From positions 1 to 11,165 of the forward strand of contig JBBQYG010000136.1 of the NCBI GenBank assembly GCA_038208905.1: a stretch of DNA of 11,165 nt. The letters run 5' to 3'. The translations under genes were made by a program, and so were the position numbers. The stretch comes from Candidatus Sumerlaeia bacterium. GTDB lineage: Bacteria; Sumerlaeota; Sumerlaeia; SLMS01. The stretch's first letter is position 1, and each line of letters opens with the position of its first letter. Below the pieces are notes generated by a model. The model made no database searches. It was not told the DNA's origin and saw only the letters and a program-made list of their open reading frames with translations. Below, in pieces: positions 1 through 9,061 of the stretch.

Positions 1-849
1 GGCTTCCTTGGGCCCAACGGCGCGGGGAAATCCACCACGATGAAGATCCTCGTGGGGCTCGCGCGCGCAACCAGCGGCATCGCGCGCATCGGCGGCTTCG
101 ACGTGCAGACCGAGAACAGCAGGATGCGGTCGATCCTCGGCTATCTCCCCGAGTCGGCGCCGCTCTATGGCGACATGACGGTGGACGGATTCCTGCGCTT
201 CATGGCGGGTCTCAAGGGCCTCGGCCACCGCGACGCAAAGCGCGAGGCCGAGCGCACGACCGCCGCGGTGAATCTCCAGAAGGAGCGCACACGCCTCCTC
301 CGCAATCTTTCCAAGGGCACACGCCAGCGCGCGGCCATCGCCCAGGCGCTGCTTGGCGATCCCAAGGTTCTGATCCTTGACGAGCCCACCGTCGGACTCG
401 ACCCCGCGCAGATCAATGACGTGCGCGAGTTGATCCGCGGAATGCGCGGTCGCCGCACGGTGATTCTCTCCACGCACATCCTCTCCGAAGTCGAGCTGAC
501 GTGCAGCCGCGTCGCGATCATCAACGCGGGTCGCGTGATCGCGTCGGGAACGCGCGATGAATTGATCGGCGCCCAATCGACCTCGCTGTTTGTGGCAGTG
601 CGCGGAGAGGGCGCGAAGCTCTCCGCCGCCGTCGCGGAAGTCCTGGGCGTAACAGTTGAAGTGAAGCCGCAGGATGGATTGATGACGGCGCGAGTCCGTC
701 CGTGCCCATCCGAAGCTGATCGCGCCCGCCTCGCCCGCGCGTTGGTAGCGGCGGACCTGTCCCTCGTTGAGCTCCGTGCGGAGCACGCCAGCCTGGAGGA
801 TGTGTTCCTCTCCGCCATCGGGAATCGACGGGAGGATACCGCCGCGTGA
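1..849 (+). CDS. ABC transporter ATP-binding protein (GldA-like, ABC-2 type), 5'-partial
   Basis: Frame 1 is open from base 1 and reads GFLGPNGAGKSTT (Walker A) before the ORF-track Met at 40, so the true start lies upstream of the window. Also present: Q-loop region GYLPE, signature LSKGTRQR, Walker B/D-loop VLILDEPTVGLDP, H-loop LSTHIL and a C-terminal SLEDVFL motif. Stop TGA at 847-849. Confidence 0.95.
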   Translation, partial: GFLGPNGAGKSTTMKILVGLARATSGIARIGGFDVQTENSRMRSILGYLPESAPLYGDMTVDGFLRFMAGLKGLGHRDAKREAERTTAAVNLQKERTRLLRNLSKGTRQRAAIAQALLGDPKVLILDEPTVGLDPAQINDVRELIRGMRGRRTVILSTHILSEVELTCSRVAIINAGRVIASGTRDELIGAQSTSLFVAVRGEGAKLSAAVAEVLGVTVEVKPQDGLMTARVRPCPSEADRARLARALVAADLSLVELRAEHASLEDVFLSAIGNRREDTAA

Positions 850-1607
850 CCACCTTCCTCTCGCAAACCCGGCTGGTTTTCTTCCGCGAGTTCCGCGCGC
901 TTCTGGCGACGCCGTTGTATTACGTGCTCACGGGGATTTTCTTCCTGCTCACGTCGATGATCTATCTGGTGATGCTGCTGGAGTTCGTCCGCGGCGACGC
1001 CGGCTCGACGGTCAACGTCACGGAATCCGTCGTGCGCCCCATGTTCCACGGGGTCCACTTCTTCCTGATGGTCCAGATCCCCCTGCTCACCATGCGCGTG
1101 TTTGCGGAGGACCGTTCCTCCGGGATGCTGGACCTGCTCCAGACCACCCCCGCGCGGGATTGGGCGTTGGTGATGGGCAAGTTTCTGGGCACGCTGGCGG
1201 GCATCCTCTTGTATATCGCGCTCACGGCGCTGTTCCCGCTTCTGACGGCGGCGATGGGGACAGTGGAGTGGCCCGTGATCATCGGCAGTCTGGCGGCGCT
1301 GGTGCTCGGGTCCGCGGCGTATATCGCCGTGGGGATCTTCTTCAGCGCTGTCACCGAGGCCCAGGTCGTTGCCGCGGTGCTCTCCTACGTGGCGCTTTTC
1401 GTGATCTTCTTCGCATCGTACTTCGCCGACGGTTTCCAGTCGGTCGCGATGAAGCAGGCGGTCGATCACTTCGCCGTGATGGAGCACATTTCCTCGATCC
1501 TTTCCGGCAACATCGCGGCGATGAACGTGGTGTATTTCATCGCGCTCGGCTCGATCTTCCTGTTCCTGACGGCTCGGCTGCTGGAATCACGCCGGTGGAG
1601 CAACTGA
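846..1607 (+). CDS. ABC-2 type permease (GldF-like)
   Basis: 253 aa with about 6 hydrophobic segments. Motifs FFREFRALLATP and PLLTMRVFAEDRSSGMLDLLQTTP...LVMGKF are typical of this permease family. The GTG start overlaps the ATPase stop (GTGA), with GGAGG at 831-835. Confidence 0.92.
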   Translation: MTTFLSQTRLVFFREFRALLATPLYYVLTGIFFLLTSMIYLVMLLEFVRGDAGSTVNVTESVVRPMFHGVHFFLMVQIPLLTMRVFAEDRSSGMLDLLQTTPARDWALVMGKFLGTLAGILLYIALTALFPLLTAAMGTVEWPVIIGSLAALVLGSAAYIAVGIFFSAVTEAQVVAAVLSYVALFVIFFASYFADGFQSVAMKQAVDHFAVMEHISSILSGNIAAMNVVYFIALGSIFLFLTARLLESRRWSN

Positions 1608-1611
1608 AGCC

Positions 1612-3195
1612 ATGAACCCGCCGAGTTCCAACTTCTCCGCCGCGATGCGCGCCGTGCCCGCGGTGCTTGGAATCGTTGGGCTTGTGGCGATGCTGTTGCT
1701 GGCGGCCTTCGCGGGCAAGTTCCTCGCGTGGCACTTCGGCCTCGGCGGGCTGTCGCTCGCCAGCATCGCCATCGGCCTCGCGTGGCAGCGCAATCCGCGG
1801 TGGCGCCAATCGATGGCGTCGCTCGTCTATTCGATCTTCTTCGTGCTGTCGGTGGTCCTCGTCTATATGATTTCGGCCAACCGCTATCAACGGTTAGACA
1901 TCACGCGCGACCGCGTCCACACGCTCGACCGGCAAACACTGAACGTATTGAGGAACCTGCCGCCCGGCGACCGTTTCCGTATTCAGGTCTTTGCCCCACT
2001 CGCCGAACACGCCGGCCTCGCGCGGTTCCTCGACAGCTATCGCCACGAGTCCGCGCAGATCGAGTACGACACCTTCGACCCCGCCCGCGACATCGACCAG
2101 GTGGCCGCCGCGGGAACGCGGGTGGAGAAGGGCTTCCTCGCGATCCTGCGCGTCGATGCGGAGGGAAACACGATCCGCAAGGAAACCGGCACACTGGACT
2201 ACGCCGGGATGAACCGCGAGAGCCAGCTCACCAACGCACTGGCGCGCACGATCCAGTCGGACCAGCAGGTGATCTACTTCGTAACAGGGCATGGAGAGCG
2301 CCCCCTTGACAATACGGAGAACTCACTCACCAAGGTCGCCCAGCTGGTTGCGTCCTCCACGGTGCCGATCCTCCCCCGCCGACTCGGCGAAGGGACCATC
2401 CCCGCCAACGCCTCGGCCATCGTGATCGCGGGGCCCACGCGCGACCTCTTCGACTGGGAGCGCGATCTGCTGGAGGGCTACCTCAACGAGGGCGGCAAGC
2501 TGTTCATCCTCCTCGATCCCGTGCTGCGTCGCGATTCGCAGTTCGGCAACATGGAGGGCCTCCTCGCGTCGATGGGCCTCGAATTGCCGAACCGCCTGAT
2601 CGTCGATCCCACCGTCGTCAGCTCCTCCAATTCTTCGTTCACTCCGCTGGTCACATACACCACGCATCCCATCGGAGAATCGGCGGCCAAGTCAATGTTT
2701 CTCCTCAACGAGGCGCGCCCGATCAAGTCTCTCCCAAACGACGTCGCCCCGGAGTTCCTGCTCGAGGCGATCCTCATCACGGGGCAAAACACCTGGAGCG
2801 AATCCTTCGAGGAACTACGCAGCGTTCGCAGCCCTGTTCCCCCCAGCGATCCCAAGGCCATCGAGCCATTGATCGCCGCCGTTTCCGCCAAGCGGAGTAC
2901 CAAGGGCGGGCGCTTCGGCAACGAGGCCCGCGCCGTGGTGATCGGAGATTCCGACGCCTTCCTCGACGTGCATTTCGGCCAGAACCCCGGCGGCGCGGCA
3001 TTCTTCGCTTCGTCGCTGGCGTGGCTACGCGAGTCCCAGACCGTTGTGTATATACCGCCCAAGACCCTCTCCACGACGCCGGTCCTCCTGACCAACCGGC
3101 AGTTCTACATGCTCTTTGGCGGCTTCGCGGCGCTGGGCCTGCTGATCACGCTGGGCGGCACGGCGCTCACGCTTCGGCGGAGGTGGCGCCGATGA
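1612..3195 (+). CDS. GldG-family ABC auxiliary membrane protein (GldG/IFT52 'GIFT' domain)
   Basis: 527 aa with three N-terminal hydrophobic segments and one C-terminal TM followed by RRRWRR. Motifs: RLDITRDRVHTLDRQT, VIYFVTGHGE, IVIAGPTRDL, GGKLFILLDP, VVIGDSDAF. It lies directly after the GldA/GldF-like genes. Confidence 0.88.
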   Translation: MNPPSSNFSAAMRAVPAVLGIVGLVAMLLLAAFAGKFLAWHFGLGGLSLASIAIGLAWQRNPRWRQSMASLVYSIFFVLSVVLVYMISANRYQRLDITRDRVHTLDRQTLNVLRNLPPGDRFRIQVFAPLAEHAGLARFLDSYRHESAQIEYDTFDPARDIDQVAAAGTRVEKGFLAILRVDAEGNTIRKETGTLDYAGMNRESQLTNALARTIQSDQQVIYFVTGHGERPLDNTENSLTKVAQLVASSTVPILPRRLGEGTIPANASAIVIAGPTRDLFDWERDLLEGYLNEGGKLFILLDPVLRRDSQFGNMEGLLASMGLELPNRLIVDPTVVSSSNSSFTPLVTYTTHPIGESAAKSMFLLNEARPIKSLPNDVAPEFLLEAILITGQNTWSESFEELRSVRSPVPPSDPKAIEPLIAAVSAKRSTKGGRFGNEARAVVIGDSDAFLDVHFGQNPGGAAFFASSLAWLRESQTVVYIPPKTLSTTPVLLTNRQFYMLFGGFAALGLLITLGGTALTLRRRWRR

Positions 3196-4973
3196 AGATG
3201 GCCCGCCCCGTCGCCGCGATGGTGGTCTTCGTTGCCCTGCTCTTTCTCTATCTCTGGGACGTGGACCGCTCGGAACGCGCCGTGCTCCAGGACCTCCAGC
3301 AGGGCCAGGTGCTCTATCGCAATCCCACGCGCGCCATCCGCGTCGAATTCGAGAACGAGCATGGGCGCATGGTCCTCGTCCGCGATGCTCCCGATACGCC
3401 GTGGCGCATTGCCGAACCCCGCGCCATTCCCGCCAGCGGCGCCGTGGTGGACGCCTATCTGGAGACCCTGCGCGGCGCGAAGCGCCAGGCGCGGTTCCCC
3501 TCCGGCGACGCCGCAAAGTACGGCCTTGATAAGCCCGCCCGCGTCGTCCGCCTGACCACGCGCGACGAGTCGGGCGTGGAAACAACCGAGGAACTGGCCT
3601 TCGGCGGCCAGCCCCAGGAACTCGGACAGGTCTATGCGCGGCTATCCGGCGAGGAGGAGTTCTTCACGGTTTCCGACTGGTTCTTCCGTCAGTCCGCCAA
3701 GGCTATCGAGGACGTGAGGGACAAGTCCCTCCTACCGGGTGGTGCGACGGCGGCGCTGCGATTCGACATCGTCACGCGCGCGGGCACCTTCTCGGTGCAT
3801 CGTCCCGACGCAACCAGCCAAGACTGGATTCTCGATCGTCCCGATTCCGAGTCCCTCCCTGCGGACCGCCGCATCGTGGAGCGACTGCAAGGCGGCCTCG
3901 CCGCGGCGACGTTCCTACAGATTTTCGACAATCCCACCACCAGCACCGCCGACTTGGGAATCGATGATTCGCTCCTCCGGCTCGATGTGGATGGCGGCGA
4001 GGTGCTGCGCCTCGGCAGCCAAGTTCCCAATCGAGAGCAGTTCTATGCCCGCGTTGCCGACGGTACCCTGGGGATCGTTCCCGCCGTCACGTTGTCGGAC
4101 CTTTTCCGCAAGCCCGCCGAGTGGGGGACCAAGCGGCTCGTGTGGCTCAAGCGGGACGAAATCCAGACCCTCGCGACCACCTCCGGCAACACATCGATGC
4201 AGCTCGCGATTGAGGACGGCGCGTGGGGCTTTGCCGATGCCCCCGGTCTCCCGATCCGCCCGGAGGCGGTCGAGTCCCTCCTCGATGGGCTTCTCGCGCT
4301 CAACGCGATGGAACTGGTATCGACCAGCGTGGACCGGGACGACGGGGTGCGCCACGGCATCGTGGAGGAGAGCTTCCGCCTGGTCGCCAACGCGGGACTC
4401 CCCAGCGAGCAGGGCTTCCGCTTCGGCAGAACCGACTCCAAGCGCGGGGCGACCTATACCCTTCGGGAGAAGGACAACTCCCTCTGGCTCATCGACTTCC
4501 TCGGGCAACAGAACGTCTTTAAGTTCCGCAAGGACTTGATGGACACCCGGATGATCCCCGGCCTGGCGGCAAAGACCCGCCGGGTGGAAATCGAATCTGA
4601 CAAGGGCCTCATGGTTCTGGAGCGCACCGCGAACGCCTGGAAATCGAGCATTCAGGGCTCGCGCCCCGTCGTGATCCCCCCAGCCCACGTTGACCGGTTT
4701 CTGGTGGCCTTCGAGGAGATGGAGGTGGAATCGGAGATGATCGGCGGCGCCAACGAGCCCCCTAGCCTGGCGCTGAGGCTTTACGAAGCCAACGCGGAGA
4801 AGCCCTATGCCACGGTGGCCCTGTTGTCCCGCACCACCGACCGCGCCTTTGTGATGTTCGGCGGTCGCAAGATCGAGATTTCAGCCGCCCGGTTTGACCC
4901 GTTTGACAGCGAACTGGCCAATATGCTGCTGATCGCCGAGGCCCAGAAGCAAAAGGACGCCCCCCAGAATTAG
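3192..4973 (+). CDS. DUF4340-like repeat-domain membrane-anchored protein
   Basis: Start reassigned from 3021 to ATG 3192, which overlaps the upstream stop (ATGA) and has GGAGG at 3179-3183; product 593 aa. N-terminal hydrophobic anchor MKMARPVAAMVVFVALLFLYLW. Motifs WRIAEP..IPA...VDAYLETL, YGLDKP and VYARL match DUF4340, which customarily follows gldG-like genes. Confidence 0.82.
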   Translation: MKMARPVAAMVVFVALLFLYLWDVDRSERAVLQDLQQGQVLYRNPTRAIRVEFENEHGRMVLVRDAPDTPWRIAEPRAIPASGAVVDAYLETLRGAKRQARFPSGDAAKYGLDKPARVVRLTTRDESGVETTEELAFGGQPQELGQVYARLSGEEEFFTVSDWFFRQSAKAIEDVRDKSLLPGGATAALRFDIVTRAGTFSVHRPDATSQDWILDRPDSESLPADRRIVERLQGGLAAATFLQIFDNPTTSTADLGIDDSLLRLDVDGGEVLRLGSQVPNREQFYARVADGTLGIVPAVTLSDLFRKPAEWGTKRLVWLKRDEIQTLATTSGNTSMQLAIEDGAWGFADAPGLPIRPEAVESLLDGLLALNAMELVSTSVDRDDGVRHGIVEESFRLVANAGLPSEQGFRFGRTDSKRGATYTLREKDNSLWLIDFLGQQNVFKFRKDLMDTRMIPGLAAKTRRVEIESDKGLMVLERTANAWKSSIQGSRPVVIPPAHVDRFLVAFEEMEVESEMIGGANEPPSLALRLYEANAEKPYATVALLSRTTDRAFVMFGGRKIEISAARFDPFDSELANMLLIAEAQKQKDAPQN

Positions 4974-5031
4974 CGGACCCTGCTGTTTGCTCTTGAGTCA
5001 CCCACGCACTTGACCGCCACAATCCCCGGCA

Positions 5032-6162
<1,131 letters not shown>

Positions 6163-6421
6163 CAGAATTACCACCCGCCACAGGTTGCCGTTTTTCCCGA
6201 TGAGATCCCACACTTTTGCGGGATGAAGGGGAGGTGCGGGGCAGTCCGGGTCGCAGTGAGTATTTGCGAGAGCCCGGCTTTCCCGTTGCGCGTCCGGGGG
6301 CCGCTTACAAGCCTGATTGCATTGTCGTCCATCAGGCGATGGAAGCGTCGACCGCGCACCATGCAACCAGAAAATTTATCATCCGACACGCACGTCGCCA
6401 CTGGGCGCCGGAACCAAGAAC

Positions 6422-7834
6422 ATGCTCTTTAACTCATGGTCGTTCTTCGTTCTCGCCGCGATTGTCTTCACCCTCTATTACCAGCTCAAGACCGTCCGAT
6501 CCCAGAATATCCTGCTGCTCATTTCGAGCTACGCCTTCTATGCCGCGTGGGACTGGCGCTTCCTCTCTCTCCTCTTCTTCTCCACGTTCCTTGACTACTA
6601 TTGTTCAAGGGGCATCGCCGCCTCGGGTGATACCCGCCGACGCAAGCTCCTCTTGATGATGAGCGTCGTCGGCAACTTGGGCATTCTCTGCACGTTCAAG
6701 TACTTCGACTTCTTCGTCGACAACATGGAGGTTCTGTTCGGCAGCTTCGGCTTCGCGGCGGAAAACTGGCGACTCAACGTCATCCTGCCTATCGGTATAT
6801 CTTTCTATACAATCCAGACGCTTGGCTACACGATCGACGTGTATCGCGGAAAGGCGAAGCCAGAGCACAGCATGCTCGACTTCGCCCTTTTCGTGGCCTT
6901 TTTTCCCCAGCTCATCGCCGGCCCGATTGAGCGCGCCTCCAGCCTGATCCCACAGCTTGTCAATCCGCGCGTCCTGCACCAGGACCAGATCTTCTCAGGG
7001 GCATGGCTGATCCTGCTGGGGCTGTTCAAGAAATGCGTCATCGCAGACAATCTGGATTTGGTCGTGGGAAAGACCTTTGGCGGGCCCGAGATGCCGAGCG
7101 GCTTGATATGCCTGCTTACGATGTATGCCTTTGTGTTCCAGACTTACGCCGATTTCAGCGGGTACTCCGATATGGCGCGTGGCATGGCCAAGCTCTTGGG
7201 AATCGATCTGGTCCTAAACTTCAATCTCCCCCTATTCTCCAGTGATCCCGTGGATTTCTGGAACCGGTGGCACATCAGCCTCAGCAACTGGGTCCGCGAC
7301 TACCTGTTCTATGCGCTGGGCGGCGGAGTCCGCGGCGGATTCAAGACCTACCGCAATTTCTTCCTGGTCTTCTTCCTGATCGGCGCGTGGCACGGCGCCG
7401 CGTGGATCTACGTTGTTTGGGGGCTCTACAACGCGTTGGTCTTTGTTGTCTACTACTGGGCCGTGCTCAACAAGTACATCAAGTCGCCCAAGACGCGCGC
7501 GCGCCGAATCGTCTATGGCATCATCATGTTCCACATCACTGCGGCGGGGTTCATCGTCCACCCCTGCCTGACGATCTCGCGGACACTTCAATTCCACTAC
7601 AAGATCCTTACCGACTGGGCCTTTGATCCGCTGTCGGCGGAGACTATGTTCTATGTGCTCGCCTTTGTCGGTGGTCTCCTTGCGGTGGAACTCTATGTGA
7701 GAAATGCCGACGACCCTCGTGGGGCGCCGGGATGGCGAAAGGGAATTGGCTACGTCGTGGTCGGCGCTATGATCCTCTCGCTCGTCCTCCTCGCCGCCCC
7801 CACGGGGAAACCATTCATCTACTTCCAGTTCTAA
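6422..7834 (+). CDS. MBOAT family O-acyltransferase (AlgI/PatA/DltB-like)
   Basis: Start reassigned to ATG 6422 because MLFNS is the typical family N-terminus; product 470 aa. Motifs: LPIGISFYT, FFPQLIAGPIER, DFSGYSDMA, FWNRWHISLS, GAWHGA (catalytic His codon 7391-7393) and C-terminal FIYFQF. Confidence 0.95.
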   Translation: MLFNSWSFFVLAAIVFTLYYQLKTVRSQNILLLISSYAFYAAWDWRFLSLLFFSTFLDYYCSRGIAASGDTRRRKLLLMMSVVGNLGILCTFKYFDFFVDNMEVLFGSFGFAAENWRLNVILPIGISFYTIQTLGYTIDVYRGKAKPEHSMLDFALFVAFFPQLIAGPIERASSLIPQLVNPRVLHQDQIFSGAWLILLGLFKKCVIADNLDLVVGKTFGGPEMPSGLICLLTMYAFVFQTYADFSGYSDMARGMAKLLGIDLVLNFNLPLFSSDPVDFWNRWHISLSNWVRDYLFYALGGGVRGGFKTYRNFFLVFFLIGAWHGAAWIYVVWGLYNALVFVVYYWAVLNKYIKSPKTRARRIVYGIIMFHITAAGFIVHPCLTISRTLQFHYKILTDWAFDPLSAETMFYVLAFVGGLLAVELYVRNADDPRGAPGWRKGIGYVVVGAMILSLVLLAAPTGKPFIYFQF

Positions 7835-7840
7835 GGAGAA

Positions 7841-7846
7841 AGGAGG
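7841..7846 (+). promoter_or_regulatory. Shine-Dalgarno site for the SGNH-like gene
   Basis: AGGAGG lies 5 nt upstream of the in-frame GTG at 7852, within AAGGAGAAAGGAGG directly after the MBOAT stop. Confidence 0.75.
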
Positions 7847-7851
7847 CCGCC

Positions 7852-8958
7852 GTGGCAGCCAGAAACAAGACCCAGCAATCCGCCACGCCTCGCGATCCGC
7901 GACCAGTCCGCGCCGCGATCAGGATGGTTCTCCCCTATCTGATCATCCCCGCGCTCGTGCTCCTCGGAGTGGAATATAAGGTCCGCGAGTGGAGATGGCA
8001 GGAACAGTATGACTGGGGGGGCATGGACAAGGTGGCCGGGAGTAAGCCGATCGAGAAGGTCTTCATCGGCACATCCCGCACGCTCTATGGCATCGACCAG
8101 GACGTTTTCGCCCAAGGGGTCGGCGCCGCCACGGGGCGGGCGCCCTATGTGGTCAACATGGGGAGCGGGGGCACGCGCCTGATGTACAGCTACTTCGGCC
8201 TGCGGAACCTGCTGGAGCGCTCGCCCGCCCAGACCCAGCGGCTCGACCTCTTCATCGAGTGCCCCGGCGGCATGCCAATGTACAACACGTGGAATGACAT
8301 CTGGTTCTATCCCACGATGGAGGGGGCCATTGTTCCGCACCTGCGGTGGAGCGACATGGGTCGCCTGTGGTCGTCGTCGATGACGAGGGAGGAGAAGTTG
8401 GACCTCACGGTTCGGTTCATCGGATTCTCGTCGGTGATCTTCACCAAGCGCGGAACCGTCCGGGCGATCTTCCTCCTGCGCGGAATCGCCGCCGTCAATA
8501 GCGCCTATATGCTCATCGCACCGGAGCGCACCAAGGCAGTCCTCGACGAGGGGAAGGGCGCCGATATGCGCACCGGCCAAGGCCCCGACATGGACGTGGT
8601 CCGTAACGAGGACTACTTCTTCAACATCTGGAAGTCCCAGGATAAGTGGAATCTCGACCGCGAATGGCGCGATTGGGACAAGACGATCCTCGCCGACCTG
8701 ATCGACATGGTCCGCGCCAATGGCGGGCGCGTCTATTTCTACCACATTCCCCAGACGGAGCGCCAGGAGGCCTACTTCGCCGAGCGCGTCGAGGACCTCG
8801 CCGCCTTCCGCGCGCAAGCCGCGAAGTGGGGAACACCCTACCTGCACTCCGATTTCGCCTACTCGGACGAGGACTTTCCCGACCGCTTCCACCTCGGCAA
8901 GCAGGCATCGGTGGAGTACACGAAGGCGCTGGTAGAGGAGTATTTGAAGGCGAAGTAG
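7852..8958 (+). CDS. Membrane-anchored SGNH/GDSL-like protein; putative extracytoplasmic acyltransferase partner of the MBOAT (functionally AlgJ/PatB/DltD-like)
   Basis: Start reassigned to GTG 7852 on the strong RBS; product 368 aa. Single N-terminal TM LPYLIIPALVLLGV, block I-like FIGTSRT (8062-8082), block II-like VVNMGSGG and C-terminal DxxH (DRFH, 8881-8892). It starts 17 nt after the MBOAT stop. Confidence 0.72.
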   Translation: MAARNKTQQSATPRDPRPVRAAIRMVLPYLIIPALVLLGVEYKVREWRWQEQYDWGGMDKVAGSKPIEKVFIGTSRTLYGIDQDVFAQGVGAATGRAPYVVNMGSGGTRLMYSYFGLRNLLERSPAQTQRLDLFIECPGGMPMYNTWNDIWFYPTMEGAIVPHLRWSDMGRLWSSSMTREEKLDLTVRFIGFSSVIFTKRGTVRAIFLLRGIAAVNSAYMLIAPERTKAVLDEGKGADMRTGQGPDMDVVRNEDYFFNIWKSQDKWNLDREWRDWDKTILADLIDMVRANGGRVYFYHIPQTERQEAYFAERVEDLAAFRAQAAKWGTPYLHSDFAYSDEDFPDRFHLGKQASVEYTKALVEEYLKAK

Positions 8959-8980
8959 TGGGAAGGAGGGAGGCAGGTGG

Positions 8981-9025
8981 GGAAAGGCGGGAAAAACGGG
9001 AACGACGGAAAAGACGGGAACAAAA
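8981..9025 (+). repeat. Degenerate 9-bp tandem repeat, left arm of an inverted-repeat structure
   Basis: ggaaaggcg|ggaaaaacg|ggaacgacg|gaaaagacg|ggaacaaaa. Confidence 0.8.
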
Positions 9026-9061
9026 GGTTCGCCGATGCCAGTCAGTTCCCCTCGCGCCGGC

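Noticed and set aside
165..1487. 440-aa antisense ORF, and similar long shadow ORFs at 5044-6366 (-), 7831-8892 (-), 3915-4688 (-), 767-1615 (+) and 3739-4539 (+)
   Set aside because: They overlap genes with clear family motifs, have no motifs of their own, and are expected from stop-codon scarcity in GC-rich DNA.
3021..3191. ORF-track N-terminal extensions (3021, 6317, 7732 and 10306 starts)
   Set aside because: Three of them overlap neighbouring genes and all precede better starts supported by an RBS, a stop/start overlap, a signal or anchor sequence, or a family-typical N-terminus (3192, 6422, 7852, 9940).
6231..6290. Minus-strand AACGGGAAAGCCGG...CCGGACTGCCCCGCA resembles part of a cobalamin riboswitch core
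   Set aside because: The T-loop, the following ACTGT and the downstream B12 box are missing. The orientation points antisense into the kinase, with no gene to regulate. An Rfam cmscan would settle it.
6422..7834. Apparently lower GC in the MBOAT gene as a sign of horizontal transfer
   Set aside because: Not quantified, and largely explainable by the Phe/Ile/Tyr-rich membrane protein composition. No mobility signatures flank it.
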